Shown: positions 28,508 to 39,004 of the stretch, piece after piece
How positions within the stretch are numbered: the first letter of the stretch is position 1
Layout: every line of letters starts with the position of its first letter
Source of the DNA: Acidobacteriota bacterium
GTDB taxonomy: Bacteria > Acidobacteriota > UBA6911
Assembly: GCA_963664705.1 (NCBI GenBank)
Contig: OY761556.1
Coordinates: forward strand, 5,376,001 to 5,440,000
Direction: 5' to 3'
DNA length: 64,000 nt
Notes under the pieces: model-generated
Seen by the model: only the letters and a program-made list of their open reading frames with translations
Database searches by the model: none
Told to the model about the DNA's origin: nothing
Translations under genes and position numbers: made by a program

Positions 28508-30190
28508 ATGGAAAAAAATACAATACTTGCTGTAGCGCTATCGGTTTTGGTTTTCATTGGTTTTCAGTGGTACCAGCAAAAATATATGACACCGGAGCCG
28601 GGCACGAGGAGTACGCAGGGTGCGGCATCGGCAGGTGAAAAGAAGACATCGGCTGCAAATCCAACCCCCGCAAGCGCGGTGGAGGCTGCGCCGGTTAAAT
28701 TGGCTGCTCCCGGGTCATTGGATACCAGCGCGACGGCTCAATCAGTTGTGATCGAAAGTGATCTATACCGCGCCACCATCGACAATAGGGGCGCTGTTCT
28801 CAGCGGATGGGAATTAAAAAAATATAAGTCGGCGCAAGGAAGCGTTTTCCAGATGATTGCGACCGCGCACGATGCGGGTATGCGATCATTTCCCAGCACG
28901 CTTCTTTTCCCGGATCAAAGCATTTCTGCGCTGGCTAACAATGAATACTACGAGGTTTCTGTTGAGCATAATAGCGGTTCGAGCACGAAGATCGTGCCTC
29001 CGGCATCGGTTGTGTTCAAGCTGCGTAGGGGTGATGTAACCGTCGAGAAGAGATATCGCTTCGAAAAGGATAATTACCTCCTCGATATCAGCGCAAGCGC
29101 CGAAAAGGGCGGCAAGGCTTTAAACGGCCAATTCATTCTTGGACAAGATCTGGGTCCTGAGCTCGAGCATCTGGATAGCTCCATTAAATTGGAGGCTGTT
29201 TACTACTCCGGGGATAAGGTCAAGCGCGAAAGTGCTCCTAAGGACGAGGGCGAAAGGAGCATCGGACAGGATGTGCGCTGGGTTGGTCTCGACATGCACT
29301 ATTTTTCGATGATCGCCATCCCTGCACGACCGCTCGAAAGCTTCAGCATCAAGAAGAGATCTGTTCAAGCCGAGGGGCTTGATGGCAAAAAGGTGGATCG
29401 AGACCTGCTGCGCGTGGGTCTGCCAATAGCTGGAACACTTGAGGCTCAGATATACCTTGGTCCGAAAAAGCAATCTGATCTCAAGGCGGTAAAGGCGGCG
29501 GATATAACGGGTGTTATCAACTACGGAATGTTTACGATTCTTGTGCTTCCGTTGCTGTCTTCACTCCGATGGATCTACCAATTCGCCAATAACTATGGAT
29601 ATGCAATCATCATCCTGACACTGCTCCTGTCGATCCTGCTCTTCCCTTTCAGGCTGAAGCAGATGCTCTCGATGAAGAAGATGCAGGTTGTGCAACCCAA
29701 GGTCAAAGTCATTCAGGAAAAGTATAAGAGATACAAGAAGACGGATCCCAAGCGTGCGGAGATGAACCAGGAAATCATGGCGCTGTACAAGGAGCATAAC
29801 GTCAATCCGCTTGGCGGTTGTCTCCCTTTGCTGCTACAGTTCCCGCTTCTGCTTGCCTTTTATTCGCTACTGGCCAACTCAATCGAGCTTCGGCAGGCCC
29901 CTTTTATCTGGTGGCTCCACGACCTTTCGGGAAAGGATCCCTATTATGTTCTGCCCATCGTTATGGGGATTACCATGTTCATCTCGCAAAAGATGACCCC
30001 GATGGCGCCAGGCAGCGACCCGGCGCAGGCGAAGATGATGATGATCATGCCGGTGATCTTTACGTTCATGTTTCTCAACGTTTCGAGCGGCTTGAACCTA
30101 TATTTTCTGTGCAGTAATATCTTCCAGGTCGGTTTCCAGAAAATCGCAGAAAAATTTATGGGAAATGGGAGAACCGCCGATGCCACATAA
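28508..30190 (+). CDS. yidC: Membrane protein insertase with large periplasmic domain
   Basis: NYGYAIIILT, SMKKMQ, NPLGGCLP, ELRQAPF, DPYYVLP. Confidence 0.96.
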   Translation: MEKNTILAVALSVLVFIGFQWYQQKYMTPEPGTRSTQGAASAGEKKTSAANPTPASAVEAAPVKLAAPGSLDTSATAQSVVIESDLYRATIDNRGAVLSGWELKKYKSAQGSVFQMIATAHDAGMRSFPSTLLFPDQSISALANNEYYEVSVEHNSGSSTKIVPPASVVFKLRRGDVTVEKRYRFEKDNYLLDISASAEKGGKALNGQFILGQDLGPELEHLDSSIKLEAVYYSGDKVKRESAPKDEGERSIGQDVRWVGLDMHYFSMIAIPARPLESFSIKKRSVQAEGLDGKKVDRDLLRVGLPIAGTLEAQIYLGPKKQSDLKAVKAADITGVINYGMFTILVLPLLSSLRWIYQFANNYGYAIIILTLLLSILLFPFRLKQMLSMKKMQVVQPKVKVIQEKYKRYKKTDPKRAEMNQEIMALYKEHNVNPLGGCLPLLLQFPLLLAFYSLLANSIELRQAPFIWWLHDLSGKDPYYVLPIVMGITMFISQKMTPMAPGSDPAQAKMMMIMPVIFTFMFLNVSSGLNLYFLCSNIFQVGFQKIAEKFMGNGRTADAT

Positions 30191-30650
30191 TCCTGATGTT
30201 CCTGAGTACTCACTCGAAGATATTGCGGCATTTTGTGAAGAAATGGTCGAGCATCTCGGACTCACTCTTGACGTTGATGTTGTTAAAGAGGGAGACGCGG
30301 TTTGCGTTAATCTGCGCGGTGAGGATCGCCCATTTTTGCTCTCCAGCTCAGCCTCGCTTCTCAATGCCACCGAATACCTTTTAAATAAGGTATTTCATAT
30401 GGGAAAGGAGGAGGCGCCCGGTATTATTGTAGATTCGGATAAATATCGCCAGCATCGGGAAGCTGAGCTTGTTTTGCTTGCGCAAATGGCTTCCCAAAAG
30501 GTTCTTTCTTCGCGAAGGCCTTTAAATCTTCAGGCTATGGTCCCCAGGGAGCGAAGAATCGTACATCTTGCGCTTTCGAGCATTGAGGGCGTACGCTCAC
30601 AAAGCGAAGGTGAGGGCGATAACCGCAGCATTACGATATATCCCTCATAA
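30180..30650 (+). CDS. jag: Jag/EloR-like KH-R3H protein lacking the N-terminal Jag domain
   Basis: ERRIVH R3H motif, SQSEGEGDNR; position after yidC. Confidence 0.85.
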   Translation: MPHNPDVPEYSLEDIAAFCEEMVEHLGLTLDVDVVKEGDAVCVNLRGEDRPFLLSSSASLLNATEYLLNKVFHMGKEEAPGIIVDSDKYRQHREAELVLLAQMASQKVLSSRRPLNLQAMVPRERRIVHLALSSIEGVRSQSEGEGDNRSITIYPS

Positions 30651-30721
30651 GCTAATGCGCCGGGAATGCCGCCTCCCGGCGGCTCAAGAATGGATCTAGT
30701 GCCGGCGCCCCTGCGATTGGC

Positions 30722-32104
30722 ATGAAAGATATCACGGACACAATATGTGCGCTTGCAACGCCGGCCGGACGTTCCGGAATTGCGGTCGTTCGTTTAAGCG
30801 GTCCGAATGCTTTTGCAATTTTGGAAGGCATATTTACTCCCTCTATAAAAGTTGCCAATTCTGTTCCTGGAACAGCGGTCCTCGGAAAAATTCTTAATCC
30901 GCAGAATAATTGCGAAATCGATGAGGCGATGGTTACGCGTTTTCGTTCCCCGCGATCCTACACTGGCGAGGATATGGGGGAGATTTCCTTGCACGGGAAT
31001 CTTGTGCTGGTAGCGGCTTTGATTGAGAGTATTTGCTCCCTTGGGGCAAGGCTTGCGGAGCCGGGCGAATTTACCATGCGTGCTTTTCTTCACGGCAAGA
31101 TCGATCTGGCGCAGGCAGAGGCTGTACGCGACGTTATCGATTCGACAACGCTTTATCAGGCGCAGGTAGCGGGAAGGCAGCGGGCTGGAATCGTCGGCCA
31201 AGGGATTCGGCCTGTCAAAGAGCAGCTTGTCAATATACTGGTTCAGCTCGAATCCGCCATTGAATTTGGTGAGGAAGATATTGAACTCCAAGGGAGAGTG
31301 GAGATTGATCGAAAGCTTGAGGGCATACGGGAAACGTTGATGAATTGGATCGAATCTTTCCGGCGAGGTCGACTTATCCGTGAGGGGATAAGCCTGGCAA
31401 TCGTAGGAGGTCCAAACGTAGGGAAAAGCAGTCTGTTTAATGCGCTGCTTGCACAGCAGAGAGCGATTGTGACGGATATTCCAGGAACCACGCGTGATCT
31501 CATATCCGAAAGCTTGAATATGAATGGAATTCCTGTGAGGCTTCAGGACACCGCTGGGATACGCGAGTCCGTAAACCCTGTCGAGCAAATCGGAATTGAG
31601 CGCAGCCGTCAGGCAATGGTCGATTCGGATGCTTTGATCGTGGTTGGGGATGTCAGCCGGCCGTTGTCGCGCAAGGATCTGGAAATAGGGGAGCAATTGG
31701 ATGGGCTGCGATATATCGTGGTTTTAAACAAATGCGATCTTGAGACGAAATGGACGGAAACAGATAAGCGGGCGTTTGGAGGTTATGGCAAGTCGATTGA
31801 GGTGTCCTGCAAAAGTGGACTGGGAATCCAGGCCTTGCGGGATTTAGTCTTTGAAGAAATTATGGGCCCAAAAGGGATTGAAAGTGATGGAATGATGATC
31901 ACGAATATCCGCCACTGCCGCGCGCTTGAGGCGGCGCGAGCGGAGATAGGTCACGCGGTTCTTGCGCTGCGTGAAGGATTATCCGAGGAATTCGCACTTT
32001 CAAATCTGCATCGTGCTCTGGGCCATCTTGGGGAAATTACCGGGGAGACCGGTGTTGAGGATTTATTAGGCGCTATCTTTTCTCAATTCTGTATTGGGAA
32101 ATAG
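30722..32104 (+). CDS. mnmE: tRNA modification GTPase
   Basis: DTICALAT, SYTGED, AEPGEFT, GGPNVGKSS, GTTRD, FSQFCIGK. Confidence 0.97.
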   Translation: MKDITDTICALATPAGRSGIAVVRLSGPNAFAILEGIFTPSIKVANSVPGTAVLGKILNPQNNCEIDEAMVTRFRSPRSYTGEDMGEISLHGNLVLVAALIESICSLGARLAEPGEFTMRAFLHGKIDLAQAEAVRDVIDSTTLYQAQVAGRQRAGIVGQGIRPVKEQLVNILVQLESAIEFGEEDIELQGRVEIDRKLEGIRETLMNWIESFRRGRLIREGISLAIVGGPNVGKSSLFNALLAQQRAIVTDIPGTTRDLISESLNMNGIPVRLQDTAGIRESVNPVEQIGIERSRQAMVDSDALIVVGDVSRPLSRKDLEIGEQLDGLRYIVVLNKCDLETKWTETDKRAFGGYGKSIEVSCKSGLGIQALRDLVFEEIMGPKGIESDGMMITNIRHCRALEAARAEIGHAVLALREGLSEEFALSNLHRALGHLGEITGETGVEDLLGAIFSQFCIGK

Positions 32105-32170
32105 AAAGGCCGGGGCTGGTAAAGCCCGAATTGAAGGTTGATGGGACCGGTTGGAGAGAGGAATACGGCA

Positions 32171-34078
32171 TTGTCTGATTTTGCAGAAAGATTCGACGTC
32201 ATTGTAGTCGGAGGGGGACACGCCGGCTGTGAGGCCGCGGTTGCCAGCGCCCGCATGGGGGCAAACACTTTGCTTTGCTCCATGGATTCCGCTCTGCTGG
32301 CACAGATGTCCTGTAACCCGGCTATTGGCGGCATCGCCAAAGGGCATCTGGTTCGTGAAATTGATGCGCTGGGCGGAATCATGGGCGAAGCAGCGGATAA
32401 AACAGGAATTCAATTCCGACTTTTAAACGCGAGCCGCGGACCTGCAGTTCAGGCACCCAGATGCCAATCCGATAAGAGTAGATATCGCAATGAGATACGA
32501 AAAATAGTTGACGAACAGTCGAACTTGACGCTGCGACAATGCGAAGTGGTTGAGCTGATTGTTGAGAAGAATTGTATAAATGGGGTTGTGCTTCAGGATG
32601 GTAGCAGGATTCGGGCGGTTGCGGTCATTTTGACAACGGGAACTTTTTTAAATGGGTTGATCCATATTGGGAGCCAGCATCATGCCGCAGGAAGGATCGG
32701 AGAGCTTCCGGCGATCCCGCTATCCAATTGTTTGAAGTCACTGGGATTTAAGGTCGGTCGGCTCAAAACCGGGACTCCTCCGCGTCTCGACCGTAATAGC
32801 ATTGATTATGGGCCGTTTGAAGAGCAGAAGGGAGATTCGTCTCCGACATTTTTCTCTTTGCGCACAAGAACATACTCACTGCCGCAGATTTCCTGCTTTC
32901 TGGCATACACCGATGAGAAGCTCCATGCTATCATCCGGTCAAATATAAATAAATCAGCACTATACGGCGGATATATTACGGGTATTGGCCCTCGCTACTG
33001 TCCCAGCGTCGAGGATAAGATTGTAAAGTTCCCCAATCGGGACCGTCACCAGATATTCCTGGAGCCGGAAGGGCTCGATTCAGAAGAGATCTACGTCAAC
33101 GGCATGTCCACAAGCATGCCGCTCGAGGTTCAGCAGGAGATGGTGCGATCGCTGCGCGGGCTCGAAAATGCGCGCATACTCAGACCTGGTTATGCCATTG
33201 AATATGATTTTGTCGATCCCACCGAGTTGAGTGGCTCGCTGGAAACTCGAAAAGTATCGGGATTATTTCACGCGGGGCAAATCAATGGGACCACTGGATA
33301 CGAAGAAGCCGCTGCCCAGGGTTTGGTAGCGGGCATCAATGCGGCATTAAAGGCCCAAGGGAAGGATCCGGTTTTTTTCCCAAGAGAGGAAAGCTATATA
33401 GGGATCATGGTCGACGACCTGGTTACCAGGGGCATCGATGAGCCCTACCGCATGTTTACCTCCCGATCCGAACTGCGGCTTTTGTTGCGGATTGATAATG
33501 CGGACCGGCGGCTAAGACCTTTGGGGTATCGCTTGGGCCTGGTTTCCGAAGCAGAATACGCCGAATTTGTCCAAAAGTACGAGAATGTGGAAAAGCTGCG
33601 GAAATTCCTGCGGAATCATCGATGGCACCCCGCGGAGGTGCCCTGCCCCGGGCTTCCGGGAAAGCTCGATGTGGAATCGGTAAAAGGATGCACCCTGGAG
33701 GAGTTGCTCCGGCGTCCTGGCATCGACCTGGCTGATTTCGATCCGGTTTTGCGTATGCATGCCGCGAATCCGGAAGCGCCGGAGGTGAAGCGTTCCGTCG
33801 AAATCGAGGTTCGTTACGAGGGATATATCCAGCAGCAGTTGAAGGATGCTGAAAAGCTTCGGCGTATGAGCGCGCGCCGGATCCCGGAGGATTTTGATTA
33901 TTCCAGAATTGACGGGCTGAACAGAGAAATGAAGGAAAAGCTCAGCCGGGTGCGTCCTAGAGATCTGGGGATGGCCGGCCGCATACCGGGTATCACTCCA
34001 GCCGCTGTTTCTATTTTAAATGTTCAACTTGAAATCATGCAGTCTGCCCGTAAACAGTTGATTCCAAGGGAAGAATAG
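32171..34078 (+). CDS. mnmG: tRNA uridine-5-carboxymethylaminomethyl(34) synthesis enzyme
   Basis: GGGHAGCEA, MSCNPAIGG, KTGTPPR, GPRYCPS, GQINGTTGYEEAA. Start likely TTG 32171 (GAGG upstream). Confidence 0.97.
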   Translation: MSDFAERFDVIVVGGGHAGCEAAVASARMGANTLLCSMDSALLAQMSCNPAIGGIAKGHLVREIDALGGIMGEAADKTGIQFRLLNASRGPAVQAPRCQSDKSRYRNEIRKIVDEQSNLTLRQCEVVELIVEKNCINGVVLQDGSRIRAVAVILTTGTFLNGLIHIGSQHHAAGRIGELPAIPLSNCLKSLGFKVGRLKTGTPPRLDRNSIDYGPFEEQKGDSSPTFFSLRTRTYSLPQISCFLAYTDEKLHAIIRSNINKSALYGGYITGIGPRYCPSVEDKIVKFPNRDRHQIFLEPEGLDSEEIYVNGMSTSMPLEVQQEMVRSLRGLENARILRPGYAIEYDFVDPTELSGSLETRKVSGLFHAGQINGTTGYEEAAAQGLVAGINAALKAQGKDPVFFPREESYIGIMVDDLVTRGIDEPYRMFTSRSELRLLLRIDNADRRLRPLGYRLGLVSEAEYAEFVQKYENVEKLRKFLRNHRWHPAEVPCPGLPGKLDVESVKGCTLEELLRRPGIDLADFDPVLRMHAANPEAPEVKRSVEIEVRYEGYIQQQLKDAEKLRRMSARRIPEDFDYSRIDGLNREMKEKLSRVRPRDLGMAGRIPGITPAAVSILNVQLEIMQSARKQLIPREE

Positions 34079-34080
34079 AC

Positions 34081-34722
34081 ATGGAATCAAAGGTAGGCCT
34101 GAGACAGCTACTGGAGGAATGGGAAATCCCCGGGGATAGCGCATGTGCCTTGAAACTTGAACTGTACCTTGCGCTTCTCACCAAATGGAACGCACGCATC
34201 AATCTTACCGCCAGCACGGAATGGCATGTGCTTGGACCGATGTTTCGGGAGGCCATCTGGGCCGCGCAAGTATATCCGCGTGAATCTATCGCCCATCTGG
34301 ATATAGGCAGCGGTGCCGGATTCCCTGCTCTGCTGCTAAAAATGTTGATTCCGCGTCTGCAACTCGAGCTGGTTGAAAGCCGGGAACGGAAAAGCCAGTT
34401 TCTGGAGACTGCGGCAAGCCACCTTGGGTTGGACAATGTAAAGGTTCGGCAGGCAAGGCTGTCCGACTATTTGCACCAGTGTCCCGTCGACAGGAGATGG
34501 GACTGCATCAGCTGGAAGGCATTGAAGCTGGCTGCGGAGGACCTCCGGCAACTGCATGATCGAAGGCTGGCCGGGACGCAATTCTGGATGTTTCATGGGA
34601 AAGAGCCGGCGTTGGAGAGTGCAGAGGCGCTGCAGATGTTTCGTCTTGAGCGGAAAGAGCGGATTCCCGGCATGAAGGAATCCTATCTGTCGATGTATCG
34701 CGCGGTTTCTTTGGTTCCATAA
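34081..34722 (+). CDS. rsmG: 16S rRNA m7G527 methyltransferase
   Basis: KWNARINLT, LDIGSGAGFP, LVES; synteny. Confidence 0.9.
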   Translation: MESKVGLRQLLEEWEIPGDSACALKLELYLALLTKWNARINLTASTEWHVLGPMFREAIWAAQVYPRESIAHLDIGSGAGFPALLLKMLIPRLQLELVESRERKSQFLETAASHLGLDNVKVRQARLSDYLHQCPVDRRWDCISWKALKLAAEDLRQLHDRRLAGTQFWMFHGKEPALESAEALQMFRLERKERIPGMKESYLSMYRAVSLVP

Positions 34723-34726
34723 GAAG

Positions 34727-34742
34727 TGTTTCACGTGAAACA
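34727..34742. other. parS: parS centromere site 1
   Basis: Perfect TGTTTCACGTGAAACA. Confidence 0.96.
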
Positions 34743-34766
34743 TTCTCCGTGGAGCTAAAAATCCGA

Positions 34767-34782
34767 TGTTTCACGTGAAACA
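34767..34782. other. parS: parS centromere site 2
   Basis: Perfect TGTTTCACGTGAAACA, starting 40 bp after the start of site 1. Confidence 0.96.
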
Positions 34783-34909
34783 ATGGCCGATCGGAACTTT
34801 ACGCCCAGGGGAAGAGAATTCTGTGTGTTCCGTTACTGTACTTTTTATGTCGGTGGTCCACTAACTACTAACTATTGGCGCGATTCTGTGGTACTCTCGC
34901 GCAATTCAC

Positions 34910-35686
34910 ATGGCAAAAATCATTGCAGTCACAAATCAAAAGGGTGGCGTCGGCAAAACGACGACGGCAATCAATCTTGCGGCTGCACTCGCGATCGCGG
35001 AAATGCGGGTGCTGGTCATCGATACGGATGCGCAGGCCAATTGCAGCAGCGGATTGGGTGTTGTAAAGGGGTCTTTAAAGAAAACCCTCTACGATTCCCT
35101 TATTCAAGATGAACCGCTGATGGAGGTTATGCGGGATACGGAGCTCGATAACCTGAAGCTGATTCCCGCGGATAAAAGTCTCACGGGAGCCGTCGTTGAG
35201 ATGCTGGATATGGAGAACCGTGAGTATCTTCTGAAGCGGCTTCTCGAACCGGTATTGGAGCGATTTGATTTTGTCCTTATCGACAGCCCGCCATCCCTGA
35301 ATATTTTGACCCTGAACGGGCTGGTTGCTGCCGATTCCGTCCTTGTCCCCATCCAATGTGAATATTTTGCACTGGAAGGGCTCACCGATCTATTCGATAC
35401 CCTGGCGCGGGTCCGCCGGGCGTTTAATCCCAACCTCGGCGTTTCGGGGATTCTCCTGACCATGTTTGATGAGAGGACAAACCTGAGCAGCCAGGTGCGA
35501 GATGACCTGATTCGGCACTTCTCAAATAAAGTGCTTCAGACCGTGATTCCCCGCAACGTACGGCTGGCAGAAGCTCCCAGTTACGGCAAGCCTGCCCTCC
35601 TTTATGATATCCGGTCCAAAGGCGCCGAAAGCTATATTCGGCTGGCAAAGGAAATTCTGAGTTATGAAAAAAAAGGCGTTGGGTAG
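34910..35686 (+). CDS. parA: Chromosome partitioning ATPase ParA/Soj
   Basis: NQKGGVGKTT, IDSPPSL, PIQCEYFALEG, IPRNVRLAEAPS. Confidence 0.96.
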   Translation: MAKIIAVTNQKGGVGKTTTAINLAAALAIAEMRVLVIDTDAQANCSSGLGVVKGSLKKTLYDSLIQDEPLMEVMRDTELDNLKLIPADKSLTGAVVEMLDMENREYLLKRLLEPVLERFDFVLIDSPPSLNILTLNGLVAADSVLVPIQCEYFALEGLTDLFDTLARVRRAFNPNLGVSGILLTMFDERTNLSSQVRDDLIRHFSNKVLQTVIPRNVRLAEAPSYGKPALLYDIRSKGAESYIRLAKEILSYEKKGVG

Positions 35687-36515
35687 AGGACTCGAGGCGC
35701 TGATTCCGGAACCGGAGGTAATGAAACCGGAGCCGTCGACCAGCGAGATCGATATTGATCAGATTTCCCCAAATCCAAGTCAGCCCCGGCTGAGATTCGA
35801 TGAGGGCCATCTCAACGAATTGGCGGTATCCATCAAGGAAAACGGCATTTTGCAACCCGTTCTTGTGCGCCCGTTTGGCAGCGGGTATCAGCTCATCGCA
35901 GGTGAACGGCGTCTTTCAGCTGCCCAGCGGGCAGGACTGCTGAAAGTCCCGGCGGTTATTCGCGATGTCCCGGATGACCGCATTCTCGAGCTTGCCTTGG
36001 TGGAAAATATCCAAAGAGAACCCCTGAATCCGATGGAAGAAGCCCAGGCTTATCAGCACCTCATCGATTTGACCCAGGAAACCCAGGAACAGGTTTCCGA
36101 GCGCCTTGGCAAAGATCGCAGCACCATTGCCAATTCCTTGCGACTCCTGAAACTCCCCCCCGCCGTCAAGCTTCTGGTTGCCGATGGGAAGCTCTCTCCC
36201 GGACATGCGCGCGCACTCCTGGCCTCCAATGCAACGCCCAGTGAAATGGCAAAGGTTGCCAACCTCATCATTGAGAAAGGCTGGTCGGTACGCGAAGCTG
36301 AACGCTGGGCAAAAAATCAGTCCCGACTCCCAAGCTTGCCCAAACCACCGGATCCCAACGAGGCGGCCGCCTCCGATCAATTGCGACTTGCCCTGGGAAC
36401 AAAAGTGGAAATTATCTCTAAACCAAAGAATTCAGGAGAGATACGTATTCACTACTACGGGCAGGAAGAGCTGATGCGGCTCTTCGGCGTTTTAACCGGA
36501 AACCAGAAAGGCTAA
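35664..36515 (+). CDS. parB: Chromosome partitioning protein ParB/Spo0J
   Basis: ALGRGLEALI, QPR, IAGERR, ENIQRE, HTH RSTIANSLRLL. Confidence 0.96.
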   Translation: MKKKALGRGLEALIPEPEVMKPEPSTSEIDIDQISPNPSQPRLRFDEGHLNELAVSIKENGILQPVLVRPFGSGYQLIAGERRLSAAQRAGLLKVPAVIRDVPDDRILELALVENIQREPLNPMEEAQAYQHLIDLTQETQEQVSERLGKDRSTIANSLRLLKLPPAVKLLVADGKLSPGHARALLASNATPSEMAKVANLIIEKGWSVREAERWAKNQSRLPSLPKPPDPNEAAASDQLRLALGTKVEIISKPKNSGEIRIHYYGQEELMRLFGVLTGNQKG

Positions 36516-36532
36516 TCCAACGGAGTCAAGTC

Positions 36533-36940
36533 ATGCAATTTAAGAAAGGAAAAGCGGAAGACGAAATCGTTAGCCATCTGGGTGAAGGAACAGAATTGAA
36601 TGGAGAACTGACCTTTACTCACGGGTTGCGAGTTGACGGAGTCGTCAAAGGAAAAGTCAAATCGGAAGCTATTCTGGAGATCGGACCCTCCGGCAAGGTT
36701 GATGCGGAAATAGAGGTTAGAAAGATCCTGATCCGTGGAGAATTTCGCGGCGCTATCCATGCCTTCGATCGCGTGGAGATACTGAAAGACGGCAAGGTCT
36801 TCGGAGATATCTACTCCCCTTGCCTCATTATTGAAGCCGGCGCGTTGTTTGAAGGGCGCTGCAACATGCTGGAGCAGACAAAAAACAGGCAGAATACAGC
36901 CCCGGCCAAAAGCCAGGAAAATGCTCCGAAGGAACTCTGA
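36533..36940 (+). CDS. Bactofilin (polymer-forming cytoskeletal protein)
   Basis: LGEGTELNGELTF, LRVDG, VFGDI, IEAGALFEGRC beta-helix pattern. Confidence 0.9.
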   Translation: MQFKKGKAEDEIVSHLGEGTELNGELTFTHGLRVDGVVKGKVKSEAILEIGPSGKVDAEIEVRKILIRGEFRGAIHAFDRVEILKDGKVFGDIYSPCLIIEAGALFEGRCNMLEQTKNRQNTAPAKSQENAPKEL

Positions 36941-36960
36941 CCGAAGCCAAAACCCAGCGG

Positions 36961-37242
36961 CTAATGGGAGTCTTCTGCTGATATCTTTAATGATTTCAAG
37001 AATTTAGCGTCTTCGTGCGTGATGCGTAGCCGCACAGGTTCCCCAGGATTCGCCGCAGGGGCAGCTTCCTCTTCCCCGTCCTTGCGACTAAACCCGATCT
37101 TGGCCTCAATAACCAGGAATACTTCATAGCCCGCATCTTTGATTTCCTGGATGCGCTCATTGATCTTCGGCGAATCCGCCAATGTCTCATTGATGGTTTC
37201 TCCAAGATGCTTCATGAGACGCTTGATTTCAGCTTCCGGCAT
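36961..37242 (-). CDS. Small hypothetical protein
   Basis: 93-aa ORF with GGAG RBS and its own promoter TTGCAT-N17-TACAAT (37305-37277). Confidence 0.8.
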   Translation of the reverse strand: MPEAEIKRLMKHLGETINETLADSPKINERIQEIKDAGYEVFLVIEAKIGFSRKDGEEEAAPAANPGEPVRLRITHEDAKFLKSLKISAEDSH

Positions 37243-37466
37243 TTATCTTCTCCAAGCTTTCCTGTACGTCAATTCAATTGTACCCTGCCGTCCAAACGGA
37301 TGCAATTCCACGGGCGAATTCCGCATCAACGGCGAAAAACAGAGCAAGACGGAGTCGTTCCCGGGGGCAACATGGAATCTGCCTGTCTACATAGGTTGCA
37401 TTCCGATAATTCGCTGCCAGCTTGAGCCCGTGATCCTTGATTCCTCAAATCTTTTGCGCTGAAATA

Positions 37467-37493
37467 TGAAACCTTTCGTCCGGAGAACTCGTA
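37467..37493 (+). promoter_or_regulatory. Putative ECF-sigma promoter (TGAAAC-N17-CGTA) for adaptor and ATPase
   Basis: tgaaac ctttcgtccggagaact cgta; close to the SigW-type TGAAAC...CGTA consensus. Confidence 0.65.
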
Positions 37494-37523
37494 GTATTCG
37501 TCATTGCCCCAATGGAGGTGTGG

Positions 37524-38984
37524 ATGAGCAAGGGGAAAAAAGTTTGGATGATTGTCGGCGGTGTTGTGCTGCTTGTGGGTATTATTGGTGTCAGCATCAA
37601 TTCCAGTCGAAAAAATGTCGTTAGCGTTCAGGCCGCAAAAGTGCAGCGCAAAGCGCTGTTGACTTCAAAGGTCTCGGCCAGTGGTCAGATTCGTGCCAAA
37701 AAATCGATCGATCTCCAGTCAGAGGTCCAGGGAATCATCACTGAGCTTCCCGTCCATGAAGGGGACTCCGTGAAAAAGGGGCAGGTTCTCCTCCATATCG
37801 ATCCAAAACAGACCAATGCCGATCTGGAAGTGGCCAACGCTCAATATGAGCAGGCCTCGGCACAGGCACGCGCACAGGAGTTTGAAATCTCCAATTCGGA
37901 AGTCCAGCTCATGCGTGAAGAGGCTTCCCTGAAATCAGCCCAGGCGCAGCTCCAGAGGGATCAGGACAATTTGCAGCGGGTTCAAAGCAATTTTAAGCGC
38001 CAGCAACAGCTGCATGAGGATGGCTTGATTTCGCACGATGACTACGAAGAAGCCCAGAACAAGCTGAAATCGGCGAAAGCCGCCCTGACCATGCAGCAGA
38101 GCAGCGTATCCCAGGCAGAAGAGCAGCTCCGTGTCGCCAGGAACAATATTGCCAAGATGAAAAATCAGCTGACATCGAGTCAGGCGTCCGCCAAATCGAG
38201 CGCTGCGAATCTTGCCAAGCAGAAGGATCAATCCGGCAAATCCAGGATCGTATCGCCACTGGATGGTGTCATCACACAGCTGAAAAAAGAAACCGGTGAA
38301 CGAGCCGTTCCCGGCATGATGACAAGCCCTGAAGCGACCATTATGACGATTGCCGACCTGAGTGTCATTCAGGCCGAACTCAAAGTGGACGAAACCGATG
38401 TCGTCAATCTGTCACTGGGCGATATAACCGAGGTGAAAGTAGATGCCATTCCGGATACCGTCTTCGAAGGCGAAGTAACCGAAATTGGGAACAGCCCGAT
38501 CAACGCATCAACAACCTCTCAGGAGGCGAAGGATTTCAAGGTCATCATTACCCTGAAAAATCCTTCTTCGAAACTCAGGCCCGGTATGTCCTGTACCGGA
38601 GACATTACGACCGATACCAAAAAAGATGTGTTGACAATACCGATCCAGGCGTTGACAGTTCGTGATGTTGAAGTAGATAAAAATGGGGTCTATCATCAGC
38701 CGGATCTGGAAAATAAAAGCAAAGGTTCGGTTGCCCGGGCGGATACCACCAAAGACAAAGCCCAGAAGAAGGAGCTTGAAGGGGTATTCGTAATCAATGA
38801 GAATAAGGTCGCCCGCTTCAGGGCGGTCAAAACAGGGATCTCGGGGGAATCTGAGATTGAAATCTTGGATAATCTGAAGGAAAACGAAGAAATAATCTCG
38901 GGCAGTTTCCAGACACTGCGGACGATCAAAGATGGAGCGACCGTAAAAATCGAGGCGGCCAATAAGTCCGAGAAGAAAAGCTAG
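37524..38984 (+). CDS. MacA/HlyD-family periplasmic adaptor
   Basis: N-terminal [13 protein letters not shown], long coiled coil, [18 protein letters not shown]; GGAGG RBS. Confidence 0.92.
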   Translation: MSKGKKVWMIVGGVVLLVGIIGVSINSSRKNVVSVQAAKVQRKALLTSKVSASGQIRAKKSIDLQSEVQGIITELPVHEGDSVKKGQVLLHIDPKQTNADLEVANAQYEQASAQARAQEFEISNSEVQLMREEASLKSAQAQLQRDQDNLQRVQSNFKRQQQLHEDGLISHDDYEEAQNKLKSAKAALTMQQSSVSQAEEQLRVARNNIAKMKNQLTSSQASAKSSAANLAKQKDQSGKSRIVSPLDGVITQLKKETGERAVPGMMTSPEATIMTIADLSVIQAELKVDETDVVNLSLGDITEVKVDAIPDTVFEGEVTEIGNSPINASTTSQEAKDFKVIITLKNPSSKLRPGMSCTGDITTDTKKDVLTIPIQALTVRDVEVDKNGVYHQPDLENKSKGSVARADTTKDKAQKKELEGVFVINENKVARFRAVKTGISGESEIEILDNLKENEEIISGSFQTLRTIKDGATVKIEAANKSEKKS

Positions 38985-39004
38985 CAGGCTTTTGGGAGAG
39001 TATC

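Noticed and set aside
37309-37432. Possible long-range stem CACGGGC...GCCCGTG in a divergent intergenic region
   Set aside because: Lies between two outward-facing promoters, internal pairing is ambiguous, and chance is plausible at this GC content
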